Shown: positions 18,686-28,266 of the stretch, piece after piece
How positions within the stretch are numbered: position 1 is the stretch's first letter
Layout: every line of letters starts with the position of its first letter
From: Methanomassiliicoccaceae archaeon
GTDB taxonomy: Archaea > Thermoplasmatota > Thermoplasmata > Methanomassiliicoccales > Methanomassiliicoccaceae
Assembly (NCBI GenBank): GCA_040776945.1
Contig: JAXGZN010000002.1
Location: 800,001 to 864,000, forward strand
DNA: 64,000 nt
Reading direction: 5' to 3'
The notes under the pieces: generated by a model
The model's database searches: none
What the model was told of the DNA's origin: nothing
What the model saw: the letters and a program-made list of their open reading frames with translations, nothing else
Made by a program: the position numbers and the translations under genes

Positions 18686-19948
18686 TCAGAGCTTGGCTCG
18701 CTCGAAGCCCTTGGCGCCGAACGGTCTGGTGGCGTCGATGGCCACCTTGGAGGTCGTCCCTTTCGAGCTGGGGTCCAGCGAGGATCCGGCGGCGTTGTTC
18801 ACCACCAAGAGCGAACGGCCGGCCTGGAACCGGGTGGCCTCGGCCCACTCCACGTCCCTGTCGTTGTAGATGTCGATGTCCTCGTCCACGATGGTGACCT
18901 TCTTCATAGAGGGGTGCCCGGAGAAGGCGGCCATGGCCGCATTTATGCCATCGCCCTCCTTGATCTTGGTTATGGACACTATTCCGTGGAGCCAGCAGCA
19001 TCCGCCCTCGGTCAGCCTGACGCCGTTCACTCGAGGCACGACCTGGTTGACGGTGCGATATATTATCGGCTCCCGGGGAAGGCCCATCATCATGTAGTGC
19101 TCATAGCCCCCAGGAAGTAGCAGGTGAAATATCGGGTCCTTGCGCATGTAAAGCCTGTCGACCTCGAAGACCGGGGCCGGACGCACCGAATCATAGGTGC
19201 CAGTTATATCCATGAACGGCCCCTCGTCCACCATCTTAGAGGTGATGCGCCCCTCGAACACTATCTCCGCCTGCGCCGGGACCGTGATGCCGCTCTGGAG
19301 CTTCGCCACCTCCAACGGGGAGCCCAGCGTCCTCTCCTTGAGGGAGGAGGCGATATGCATCTCATCGGTGGCGTAATCGGTGGACATTGCTCCCGCCAGC
19401 AGTACCGGCGGGCACAGTCCCATGGCGAAGGCGGTCGGCAGGTCCTTGCCCTTGGAGCGTGCGCTCTTCCACATCGTATATAGGTGCCTGGGCACCAAGC
19501 GGATGGCGAATGACCGCTTGTCGCGAAGATGCATACGGTGGAACGAGACGTTGCTCTTACCCTCGTGCTCCGCGACCGCCACCGCCGAGGTGATGTACCT
19601 GCCCTGGTCCCCTGGGAAGTACTTAGGTATGGGGAGCTGGGTAAGATCGAACTCCGTCCGCACATCGTCCATGAAAGGGGCGTCACCAACCAGCTTCGGC
19701 GGGGATGGGGAAGCCATCGCCTCCATCAGCTTCGGCATGAGCTCGTCCTTGCGGACCCTCATGGCTCCAGCGATGCGTTCCCTAGTGGACCACAGATTTC
19801 CCGCAGCACGCATCCCGTGGAGGCGGGAGAACATCACTGGACGGGTCTGGTCCTTCATCAGGATCTTCGACACCTCCAGTTCCAAGGGGACGTCCTCGTC
19901 CACCGTGATCGCGTCCTTCATGCTGTCTAGGAGATTGCGCAGGGCCAT
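18686..19948 (-). CDS. UbiD-family prFMN decarboxylase, possibly anhydromevalonate-phosphate decarboxylase
   Basis: N.S.HRM, EGPF.D.TGTY, EH, VDEDID and SLDPS motifs. Confidence 0.88.
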   Translation of the reverse strand: MALRNLLDSMKDAITVDEDVPLELEVSKILMKDQTRPVMFSRLHGMRAAGNLWSTRERIAGAMRVRKDELMPKLMEAMASPSPPKLVGDAPFMDDVRTEFDLTQLPIPKYFPGDQGRYITSAVAVAEHEGKSNVSFHRMHLRDKRSFAIRLVPRHLYTMWKSARSKGKDLPTAFAMGLCPPVLLAGAMSTDYATDEMHIASSLKERTLGSPLEVAKLQSGITVPAQAEIVFEGRITSKMVDEGPFMDITGTYDSVRPAPVFEVDRLYMRKDPIFHLLLPGGYEHYMMMGLPREPIIYRTVNQVVPRVNGVRLTEGGCCWLHGIVSITKIKEGDGINAAMAAFSGHPSMKKVTIVDEDIDIYNDRDVEWAEATRFQAGRSLLVVNNAAGSSLDPSSKGTTSKVAIDATRPFGAKGFERAKL

Positions 19949-20069
19949 GGCCGATAATCGACCATGTTGTTAATAATGGATTGGCAATCGATAACCAATG
20001 CGATTGAGCGCGGCGAGGTGGCGCGAGGATAAATGAACGTCCGGTCCATTACCCGGCAGGTCGGTTTGG

Positions 20070-20744
20070 ATGAGGACCTTCAGGCTTGAAATCGGGGCCG
20101 CCGGAACGGCGGTGCCCGCGGTCATGATGATGCCCGAGGCCCCGCGAGGGGCGGCGGTCATCGTACATGGATACGGCGGATGCAAGGAGGAGCAGCTCGG
20201 GCTGGCCTTGAGGGTTGCGGAGAACGGTCTGGCCGCCTGCACGATCGACCTGCGGGGCCATGGGCAGAACCCCCTTCCTCTCGATGGCGATGTTTCCGAA
20301 GATGTCGAGGCGGCGATCGCGATCGCTCGCAGATATGGTAGGGTGGTCGCCATCGGCCATTCCCTGGGAGGCCGCCTGGCACTGATCAGCACGGCCGATT
20401 TCGCCATAGGGCTATCACCGCCGCTGGACCCTGGCTACTGTGCTCGGACCCAGGATCTTTTGCAAAAGCTCCGCGCTTACCGCGTGCGACCGGACGATGG
20501 GTCTACCGTGTTCGAGATCCTTAGGCACCTGCCGCCCGTCCGCGAGGGCGATCTGGAACGAGCGATGGTCATCTACGGCTCCCGGGACGTGCCGGAGATC
20601 GTGGAGGCCGGCGATGCCTTGAGGGCCAGTGGCCGCAACGCGGTCAAGCTGGACAAGGCCATCCATGGAGATACATACCTCTTGGAGAACGCGTTCGCCG
20701 CTCTCACCGGCCAATTGGAGCTTTGGTTCCCCCGTCGATCATGA
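20070..20744 (+). CDS. Alpha/beta hydrolase
   Basis: VHGYGG, DLRGHG, GHSLGG nucleophile elbow, downstream D and H. Confidence 0.85.
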   Translation: MRTFRLEIGAAGTAVPAVMMMPEAPRGAAVIVHGYGGCKEEQLGLALRVAENGLAACTIDLRGHGQNPLPLDGDVSEDVEAAIAIARRYGRVVAIGHSLGGRLALISTADFAIGLSPPLDPGYCARTQDLLQKLRAYRVRPDDGSTVFEILRHLPPVREGDLERAMVIYGSRDVPEIVEAGDALRASGRNAVKLDKAIHGDTYLLENAFAALTGQLELWFPRRS

Positions 20745-21174
20745 GCGGCCCGGGGACCGCCCGGGACCATGATGACGGCCTCTCCTCCTCCAAGCGTCGG
20801 GTCCTTTCCCCCGGTCCTTTGCGTCGGCATCCCCGCGGCGTTGGTATGCCGATCGCCCTATAGGTTTTTTCTTGACCTAGCAAGCGCGCCTCCTCTGCAA
20901 TGCGGTCCTAAGATGAAAGGGCATGGCCGAGTACCTCGCTCGGCCTCGGATGGTCCTGCCAATAAGGTTGTGTTTTATCCGCATACCCCGCAGCCCTGGT
21001 GCCAAAAAAACGATCGCGCGCTGCCAAACGTCACCTCGCCCCTTCCTTCCATCGTTGCGGCCATCATGATCCTCCGGAGGCTCGGTCTTCATCCGCAGTA
21101 CCTTCAGGTCCGATCGGGGGAACGGAAGTGCTCCAACGCCGAACCGTAGCGCTTAATACTGACAACAGATATCG

Positions 21175-21201
21175 ATAGCACGAATTCAAAATAGGTGATA
21201 T
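21175..21201. promoter_or_regulatory. Candidate NikR-like operator ATAGCAC-N13-GTGATAT
   Basis: Imperfect inverted repeat, 21/27 identical to the motif at 27182-27208. Confidence 0.5.
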
Positions 21202-22028
21202 TTACGCAAGCATGCTCAGGTGTCGATTGGTCGTCGGTGTGGAGCGAGCGGTTCGGAAGAGCCATGGAGGTCCAGGTTACAAAGGACTATTATCAGGACG
21301 AGGAGCGGGCGCGCAAGTACAGCCAAATGGAACATCTTTGGATGGACGGCGAGGATAGGGTGGCGGGGTTCGACCTCGATCCTTCGTGGACGGTCATAGA
21401 CGTGGGGTCCGGTCCCGGGATAATGACCGTGCCGCTTGCCAAGAGATGCGCCAAGGTGACAGCGGTAGAACCGTCCCCTCACATGGTCAAGTTCCTTCAG
21501 GCTAGGGCCGCGGCCGAAGGCCTGACCAACATCGACATCATCAAGGCCAAGTGGGAAGAGGCGGAGGGGTTAAAACCGCATGATGTGGTCGTTGCCTCCT
21601 ATTGCCTCCTCATGCCCGACATCAAGGCCGCTCTGCTCAAGATGAACGGCCTGGCAAGGGAGAGGGTATACATCTATTGGTTCGCTGGGACAACGTATTG
21701 GGAAAGGACCCGCATCGACCTGTATCCCATGATCCACGGACGCCCATATCATCCCGGGCCCAAGGTGGACGTGATCTATAATGTGCTATACCAACTGGGC
21801 ATCTATCCTGACATCGAGGTTCTCGGTCAGGGCCGGGTCAGGGAGAAGGGCATGTCGATGGAGGAGGCCCTTAGCGACCTCCGAGACCTGTTGATGCTGT
21901 CCGATCGGTCCCATGATCGGTTGCTCAGGGAGTACATAGAGAAGGAGTACAAACTTAGCGGGGATGCTCTCTTCCGGCCTGACTGCACGGTAAGGGTCAG
22001 GCTCAGCTGGAAGCCTTTTCAGAAATGA
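21195..22028 (+). CDS. Class I SAM-dependent methyltransferase
   Basis: VIDVGSGPG motif I, AVEPS..M, DVVVAS. GTG start uncertain. Confidence 0.85.
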   Translation: MIFTQACSGVDWSSVWSERFGRAMEVQVTKDYYQDEERARKYSQMEHLWMDGEDRVAGFDLDPSWTVIDVGSGPGIMTVPLAKRCAKVTAVEPSPHMVKFLQARAAAEGLTNIDIIKAKWEEAEGLKPHDVVVASYCLLMPDIKAALLKMNGLARERVYIYWFAGTTYWERTRIDLYPMIHGRPYHPGPKVDVIYNVLYQLGIYPDIEVLGQGRVREKGMSMEEALSDLRDLLMLSDRSHDRLLREYIEKEYKLSGDALFRPDCTVRVRLSWKPFQK

Positions 22029-22740
22029 TGGCGGGCGCGGGGGATCGTGCGCCCGACCCTACGCCGGACGCTTCCATGAGCACCACCCGCTCGCTCATCC
22101 ACTCGACCACCTTATGATCATGGGATATGAACAGATAGCTGACACCGGTCTCTGCCTGGACCCGTTTTAGCAGCCTGAGGATCTGAGCCTGCACAAGGAC
22201 GTCCAGCATTGAGGTCGGTTCATCGGCCACGATGAGCGAGGGGTTTAAGGCCAGCGCCCTGGCGATGGCGACCCTCTGCATCTGTCCGCCGGAGAGCTGA
22301 TGAGGATACCTTCCAGACAGCGACAGGTCCAGACCGACAAGGGACATCAGTTCCTCGACCTTTTGCCTCCTCTGTCCGGGCTTCATATCAGAATGCAATA
22401 CCAATGGCTCGGCGATGCTCCTCTCGACCCGATAGAGGGGGTCAAGCGACCCTTCGGGGGACTGCGCGATAAGCGCCATTTCCTTGCCCAGGGCCTTCAA
22501 CCTCCTTGTCGGCGCGTGGGTGATATCCTCTCCTTTGAACATAATGCGGCCGCCGTCGGGCTCTATCAGCCGCAGGACGCACCTGGCCGCGGTGCTCTTC
22601 CCGCAGCCGCTCGGTCCGACAAGGCCGACCGTCTCTCCCTCTCCGATCTTCAGGTCCAAGGCCCCCACTGCCGTCACCTTCCGGCGGTTGAGCAGCCCAG
22701 CGGTAAACTCCTTCCTAAGCCCAGTGACCTCCAACAGCAT
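22003..22740 (-). CDS. Nickel/peptide ABC transporter ATPase (NikE/OppF-like)
   Basis: GPSGCGKST, LSGGQMQR, DEPTS, SHD. Confidence 0.92.
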   Translation of the reverse strand: MLLEVTGLRKEFTAGLLNRRKVTAVGALDLKIGEGETVGLVGPSGCGKSTAARCVLRLIEPDGGRIMFKGEDITHAPTRRLKALGKEMALIAQSPEGSLDPLYRVERSIAEPLVLHSDMKPGQRRQKVEELMSLVGLDLSLSGRYPHQLSGGQMQRVAIARALALNPSLIVADEPTSMLDVLVQAQILRLLKRVQAETGVSYLFISHDHKVVEWMSERVVLMEASGVGSGARSPAPAIISEKASS

Positions 22741-22741
22741 C

Positions 22742-23671
22742 CTAATCCCTCACTTTCAACCAGCAATAGCATGTTCTCTCTTCGCTCAGGCGCACCGGCG
22801 GCGGCTCCTCTGCGCAGCGGTCATGGGCATGCTCGCAGCGGTGGGAATAGCAGCAACCTCTTAGAGGTGCCGGACGGTTGAGGTCACGGTCCCGGCCGAA
22901 GCCTTTCTCAGGCGTCGAGGATACCAGGTCAGCGGTGTAAGGGTGCTCCGGCCGGCCCAACAGGTCCTTGGTCCGCCCGCACTCCACCACCCGCCCCCCG
23001 AACATCACCGCCATCCGCGACGACAATGCCTTGGCCACGTCCAGGTCATGAGTGATAATAATGCCGCTCCGGTCTCCCTGCAGGACCGAGCGCAATATCT
23101 CCATCGTGCGGTCCTTTGATCCAGGGTCGAGGCCTTTGGTAGGCTCATCGGCCAAGAGCAGCGTTGGTCCCAAGGACAGGGCGATGGCGATGGCGACCCT
23201 CTGCCTCATTCCTCCAGATAGCTCATGCGGGTAGGCGCCCGCCTTCTCAGGCGGCAGTCCGACATTGACCAGCGCATCTCGGGCCTTCTCCTCTGCCTCC
23301 TTGTTCAGCATGGACAGGCGGAGGCGGTAGGGCTCAGAGACCTGCCGAACGATGCGCATGGTGGGGTCCAGGGCAGAAGAGGGGTTCTGCATGAGCATGG
23401 CTATCTCCAGTCCGCGCAGCGTTCTCATCTCCGCCTCACTAAGAGCGGTCAGCTCGGTGCCCTTCCACATGATGCTTCCCCTCACCTCAGCGGTGCGCGG
23501 AAGAAGGCGCATTATCGCTCTGGCAAGAACGGTTTTTCCGCAGCCGGTCTCTCCCACCACAGCGAGGTTCTCTCCTTCCTCGACATCAAGGTCGACAGAG
23601 CGGAGCACCTCTACCTTTCCCGTGCGGGTCTGGAACTCGACGCTGAGGCCGCGCACCTCCAAGATGCTCAC
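22742..23671 (-). CDS. Nickel/peptide ABC transporter ATPase (NikD/OppD-like)
   Basis: GETGCGKT, LSGGMRQR, DEPT, HPYT and a Cys-rich C-terminus. Confidence 0.92.
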   Translation of the reverse strand: MSILEVRGLSVEFQTRTGKVEVLRSVDLDVEEGENLAVVGETGCGKTVLARAIMRLLPRTAEVRGSIMWKGTELTALSEAEMRTLRGLEIAMLMQNPSSALDPTMRIVRQVSEPYRLRLSMLNKEAEEKARDALVNVGLPPEKAGAYPHELSGGMRQRVAIAIALSLGPTLLLADEPTKGLDPGSKDRTMEILRSVLQGDRSGIIITHDLDVAKALSSRMAVMFGGRVVECGRTKDLLGRPEHPYTADLVSSTPEKGFGRDRDLNRPAPLRGCCYSHRCEHAHDRCAEEPPPVRLSEERTCYCWLKVRD

Positions 23672-24531
23672 GCGCTCACCTCCAGCAGGCGGTCCTCTCT
23701 CGGGTCAAGGTTCTCTCGAACGCTTTCCCCGAGGAAGTTGAAGGCGAGCACCGCGATCACTATCATGATCCCTGGGATCACGGTCAGGTGTGGTGCGGTG
23801 GTCATGTACGGCACGCCTGACCGCAGCATCGCTCCCCATTCCGGCGTCGGCGACTGGACCCCCAGGCCGAGGAAGCTGATAGCGGCGGCATATATGATGA
23901 CCTGGGCAAGGTCAACGCTGACAAGTGCGAGGAGCGGGCCCCTCGCGTTGGGCAGGATGTGCCGGAGAAGGATGTGCCGGGCCGGCGCCCGCATGACCCT
24001 GGCCGCCTCCACGTAACCCCGCTCCCTCAAGGTGAGGGAGGATGCCCTTGCTAGACGTGTGTAGGCCGGCCAGCCTGTCAGAGCGAGGGCGAAGGCAAGG
24101 TTCGTTGGGCTGGAGCCCATCAGGCCGGCAATGACCAGGGCGAGAAGTATCCCGGGGAAGGCGAGCATTACGTCCACCACCCTCATGAGGATGATATCGA
24201 CCGCTCCTCCGTAGTAACCGGAGATCAGGCCCGTGATCGTGCCGATCAAACTTGCCAGCGCGACCGCGAGCAGCGCAATGCCCAAGGTGTACACTCCTCC
24301 GAAGAGTACCCTGGACAGTATGTCCCGGCCAAGCTCGTCCGTACCCAGTGGATGGTCCCCTCCCGGCCCTTTCAGGCGGGAGCTGAGATCGACGGCATAG
24401 GGGTCGAACGGAGCCAAAAAAGGGGCAAGGACCGAGATGGTGACGAGTGTGATGATGATGACCGCGCTGGCCAAGGCGACAGGGTCTTCCTTGGCTATGC
24501 GGACCAGAGCGCGCCGCAGGTCATCCTTCAT
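23668..24531 (-). CDS. Nickel/peptide ABC permease (NikC/DppC-like)
   Basis: HPLGTDELGRD, EAA loop, SFLGLG..P.PEWG. Confidence 0.92.
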   Translation of the reverse strand: MKDDLRRALVRIAKEDPVALASAVIIITLVTISVLAPFLAPFDPYAVDLSSRLKGPGGDHPLGTDELGRDILSRVLFGGVYTLGIALLAVALASLIGTITGLISGYYGGAVDIILMRVVDVMLAFPGILLALVIAGLMGSSPTNLAFALALTGWPAYTRLARASSLTLRERGYVEAARVMRAPARHILLRHILPNARGPLLALVSVDLAQVIIYAAAISFLGLGVQSPTPEWGAMLRSGVPYMTTAPHLTVIPGIMIVIAVLAFNFLGESVRENLDPREDRLLEVSA

Positions 24532-25456
24532 AGCGGACCCTCGGATCGATGACAGCATATAGGACGTCTATGAGCAGCGTTATCAAGCAGAAGAGGACCG
24601 CGATCACAAGGACGCATCCTTGGACCATGGAGAAGTCCTTGAGCATGATCGAATCCACTAGGAGCTTGCCTACCCCAGGCCATGAGAACACGGTTTCCAC
24701 GACCATTGCGCCCCCGATGAGGAAACCCATCTGGAGGCCCGCGAAGGTGAGGACCGGGAGCATCGCGTTGCGCAGGGCATGGTGCCTCAGAACTTGGCGC
24801 TCGTCCAAACCGTTGGCCCTCGCCATCAGGACATAGTCCTCGTTCAGAACCTCCAAGAGAGAGGAACGGACCAGCCGGGTGGTTATTGCGCTCATGCCCA
24901 AGGCCAGGGCTATCGAGGGCAGGACGATGTGCTCCAGACCACCGGCCCCGTACGATGGGAGAAGGTCCAGCCATACCGAGAACACAAGTATCAAGATCAG
25001 GCCGAGCCAGAATGAAGGGACCGACTTTGCGAGCAGGATCAGGGTGAGGCCCATCCTATCCTTCCATGTCCGATGGCGCAACGCGCACCATGTGCCTAGC
25101 CCGAGGGAGATAGAGAGGGACAGGGCCAGGCTGGTGGTGGCCAGCGAAAGGGTGGCGGGGAGACGGTCGGTGATCTCCTGGGTTACCGCTTTGCCCGTGA
25201 TGAGCGAACGGCCCAGGTCCAAGCTGACGATATGCTCGGCCCACCGGTAGTATTGGACGTACCATGGCTGGTCGAAACCCTCCGCCTTTTTTATCATCTC
25301 CACCTGTTCGGGGGTCAGGTCGGTCCCGTACCGGGCCTCTGCTATAAGGAGAGCAGGGTCTCCCGGAGATACCTGCATCAGGAAAAAAGTGAGCAGCGTG
25401 ACCCCGAAAAGGATAATGCCTATCAGGGAAACGCGCTTGGCGATATACCTCCTCAT
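24521..25456 (-). CDS. Nickel/peptide ABC permease (NikB/DppB-like)
   Basis: PGDPA, QY..W, DLG.S, LPAT, PSFW, E.VFSWPG.G, DPR. Confidence 0.93.
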   Translation of the reverse strand: MRRYIAKRVSLIGIILFGVTLLTFFLMQVSPGDPALLIAEARYGTDLTPEQVEMIKKAEGFDQPWYVQYYRWAEHIVSLDLGRSLITGKAVTQEITDRLPATLSLATTSLALSLSISLGLGTWCALRHRTWKDRMGLTLILLAKSVPSFWLGLILILVFSVWLDLLPSYGAGGLEHIVLPSIALALGMSAITTRLVRSSLLEVLNEDYVLMARANGLDERQVLRHHALRNAMLPVLTFAGLQMGFLIGGAMVVETVFSWPGVGKLLVDSIMLKDFSMVQGCVLVIAVLFCLITLLIDVLYAVIDPRVRYEG

Positions 25457-25506
25457 CTACCCCACCGGCAGACCGTTGGGAAAATATGGGGGGCAAGCCC
25501 CTGTGA

Positions 25507-27090
25507 TCAACGCACCACGCTCACGCCCTCTAGATTGAGCCAGGGGTCCTCCGCGCTTATCCAATAGCCTTTCACGTTCATGCGGTAGGCCACGATCTTC
25601 TTCTCATGAACGAGGTAGAACCCGGGCAGCTCGTCGATGACCCATTCCTGTAGGTCACGGTATAGTTGGGCCTGCTGGGTCAGATTGGAGGTGGCATCGG
25701 CCGACCTAGCCATCTGATCGAAGGTGGCATTATTGTAGTGGGACCAAAGACCGCTGGAGTCGTGCAGGAAATAGTGTCGAGGGTATGGGCCCCATACGAA
25801 ATAGCCAGTGCGCAGGATCATCCCAAAGTCCCCCGAGGCCTCCTTGGCATTGAACGTCGAGGTGGGGAGCTTCTCCACCTGCACGCTCATGCCCGCCTCG
25901 CGCAACATGGCGGCGATAGCGTCGGACATCTCGCTGAACCGGGCCGCCCAGGCATCCTCAGTGGTCATTATCAAGGAAGTGCTGAACTTGATGCCGTCCT
26001 TGTAGTAGTAGCCATCGCTCTCCTTGGTCCATCCCGCCTCCTCCATGAGCTCGTTGGAGCGGGTCAAGTTCTTTGTGTACAGGTTGATGCTGTCATTGCC
26101 GTACATCATGGCGGGGGAGGTTGCCCGGCCCTGGGCCGCCATTCCCTGGCCGCTCAGTAGCTCCCTCACGATCTCCTCGGTATCGATGGCCCATGCCACC
26201 GCTTGACGGACCCGCACGTCGGTGAACGGACTTACCGAGGCGTTGTGGGCATCGTCCTTGGTATTGAACTGCAGGAAGTCGGTGAAGGTGGACAGTCTGG
26301 CCTGGACTCTGATCCCGGCACTGTTGTTCAGATCGACCACGTCGCCCTCTGATACCTTCAGTATCATGTCGACGTCCCCTGCCTTGAGGGCTAGCTTCCG
26401 GGTATTGGGGTCCTTGATGACCTTGAACACCACCTTGTCCAAGGCCGGCCTTTCGCCATAATAGTTTTCGTTCCGGACCAGCACGATCTCCTGATCGGTG
26501 GTCTGGGACTCGAACTTGAACGGTCCGGTGCCGATTATCTTGCCGTTCCACTTTCCATCTTGGGCGGCCATGTTCGGCGACATGACCGGCCAAGCGATGT
26601 GGGTCAGATAATAGGGAAGAGCGCCCATTGGCGCCTTCATCACAAACCGGACCGTATGGTCATTGACCTTCTCCACGTAGTTGACCCTGGCCAGGACCCC
26701 GAAGTTCTTAACATAGGTGCTGTTGCCATATGAGAATATCACCGCATCGGCGTTGAAGTCCGAGCCGTCATGGAACTTTACACCCTTGGTGAGATTGAAC
26801 TGCCAGCTCATCCCGTTGTCAGGGGTGTACCAAGAGGATGCCAGCCCCGGTATGAGTTTGAGGTTGGTGTCAAGCCTGGCCAGAGTGCCATAGACCTGGG
26901 CCCATACGAACCTAGTGTCGCCGTCCGCAAACTTCTCCAAATACCAGTTGTTCACGTCCGAGCTGATCGCCACTAGGAGCTTGCTCTCTTTGTTTTCCTC
27001 CTGCGGCGGCGCCATGACGATGAGCGCCGAGATGATTACTATCGCTACGACCGCAATGCTAGCTACGGCTATCCATGATCTCTTCAACAT
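25507..27090 (-). CDS. ABC substrate-binding protein, family 5 (NikA/DppA-like), with N-terminal membrane anchor
   Basis: PGLA.SW, KFHDGS.FNA, GTGPFK, VRQA. Start at ATG 27090 after a GGAAGAGAGG tract. Confidence 0.9.
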   Translation of the reverse strand: MLKRSWIAVASIAVVAIVIISALIVMAPPQEENKESKLLVAISSDVNNWYLEKFADGDTRFVWAQVYGTLARLDTNLKLIPGLASSWYTPDNGMSWQFNLTKGVKFHDGSDFNADAVIFSYGNSTYVKNFGVLARVNYVEKVNDHTVRFVMKAPMGALPYYLTHIAWPVMSPNMAAQDGKWNGKIIGTGPFKFESQTTDQEIVLVRNENYYGERPALDKVVFKVIKDPNTRKLALKAGDVDMILKVSEGDVVDLNNSAGIRVQARLSTFTDFLQFNTKDDAHNASVSPFTDVRVRQAVAWAIDTEEIVRELLSGQGMAAQGRATSPAMMYGNDSINLYTKNLTRSNELMEEAGWTKESDGYYYKDGIKFSTSLIMTTEDAWAARFSEMSDAIAAMLREAGMSVQVEKLPTSTFNAKEASGDFGMILRTGYFVWGPYPRHYFLHDSSGLWSHYNNATFDQMARSADATSNLTQQAQLYRDLQEWVIDELPGFYLVHEKKIVAYRMNVKGYWISAEDPWLNLEGVSVVR

Positions 27091-27181
27091 ATCCCCTCTC
27101 CTTCCCTCGCCCTGGAATGCGAGATATTTTAATCCCTGGGCCAGGCTCGACGGCTCGGCCGAGCGCGGCCAAAGCCATTTA

Positions 27182-27208
27182 GTAACACTAATTCCAAATA
27201 TGTGATAC
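27182..27208. promoter_or_regulatory. Candidate NikR-like operator GTAACAC-N13-GTGATAC
   Basis: 6/7 inverted repeat in the divergent promoter region, immediately before a TATATAA box (27211). Confidence 0.55.
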
Positions 27209-27257
27209 CGTATATAACCGTTCGCAGAAGGCAGAGAAAGGCACAGGACAGGATACC

Positions 27258-27881
27258 ATAGCTTCGGCAAGGAGAGAGGTCAACCCCAAGCAGAGGGAGT
27301 TTTTCAACGGCAGGGCGAGCGAGTGGGACAGCACGGTCGCCCATGATCTGGAGAAGGTCAGGACCATAGTCGAGAGCATGGGTCTCAAGCACGGAGCGGG
27401 GATCCTTGACGTGGGGACAGGGACGGGCGTCACCATCCCATTCCTGGAGAAGAAAGTAGGGTCTGACGGAAGGATCGTCTGTGTCGATTATGCCGAGAAC
27501 ATGATCGCGATCGCCAAGTCCAAGCACCCCGTGGACCGGTTCCCCAACGTTGCCTTTATCGTGAGCGACGTCAACGACCTGGCGATGGAGGGGGACTTCG
27601 ATGCCATACTCTGCTATTCCTGCTTCCCTCACTTCATCGACCAGGAGGGTACCCTTAAGCACCTGACCAACGGCTTGAGGAGGGGCGGGAGGCTCATGGT
27701 CGCCCATTCCCAGTCCCGCGCCGACATCAACAAGGTCCATATGGAGAGCGGCGAGGTCGTGGAGAAGGATTACCTTCCCGCCATGGAGGAGCTGAGGGGG
27801 ATGATGGAGAGGGCCGGCCTTGCCGTGGCGAGCAGCGTCGACAATGATGACATGTTCTATATAATCGGGATAAGGCGCTGA
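27258..27881 (+). CDS. Class I SAM-dependent methyltransferase (UbiE-like); start probably non-canonical
   Basis: ILDVGTGTG, VD.A..MI and FD motifs. An in-frame REFFN..A.EWD segment lies upstream of the first ATG (27378). Confidence 0.8.
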   Translation: MASARREVNPKQREFFNGRASEWDSTVAHDLEKVRTIVESMGLKHGAGILDVGTGTGVTIPFLEKKVGSDGRIVCVDYAENMIAIAKSKHPVDRFPNVAFIVSDVNDLAMEGDFDAILCYSCFPHFIDQEGTLKHLTNGLRRGGRLMVAHSQSRADINKVHMESGEVVEKDYLPAMEELRGMMERAGLAVASSVDNDDMFYIIGIRR

Positions 27882-28266
27882 ACGAATTGCGCCGCCGCCT
27901 CACAAGCGTTTACCTTGGCCGATGCATCCCTCTCTGGCCCAGAAGGTCCCCCAAACGAACCCGGCATCGTCCCCGGCCACCGTTGGCGCTCCGCTCATCC
28001 TCGACGCACTTCCGCGCTCAGTCCTTCCGCACCATAACCCTCGGACGGCCAGAAGTTCGATGCCATCGCGGCCCTGCCTCTTCACATCGGCGCTGTCGGA
28101 GTCCCAAGGACCCATGCCCCGCGGGCGCCTGCCCCCTCAGCACCCCAAAACTGCTGTTGAGGGGCAGCGGCGGGGTGCGTCACGGCAGAGAGAGGACGTC
28201 CCTCCTCAATGCTCGCTTCCTCCTTCCGACTGGAAGGCCCCGGGAGAGGAAAGGTAGAAAAGAAGG

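Noticed and set aside
20745-21170. Small ORFs or riboswitch between the hydrolase and the methyltransferase
   Set aside because: There is no coding signal and no recognisable riboswitch consensus.
27882-28266. RNase P or SRP RNA in the long spacer before gltX
   Set aside because: I could not find the RNase P GAGGAAnnUCC/ACAGAA conserved regions or the SRP helix 8 motif in a consistent structure on either strand.
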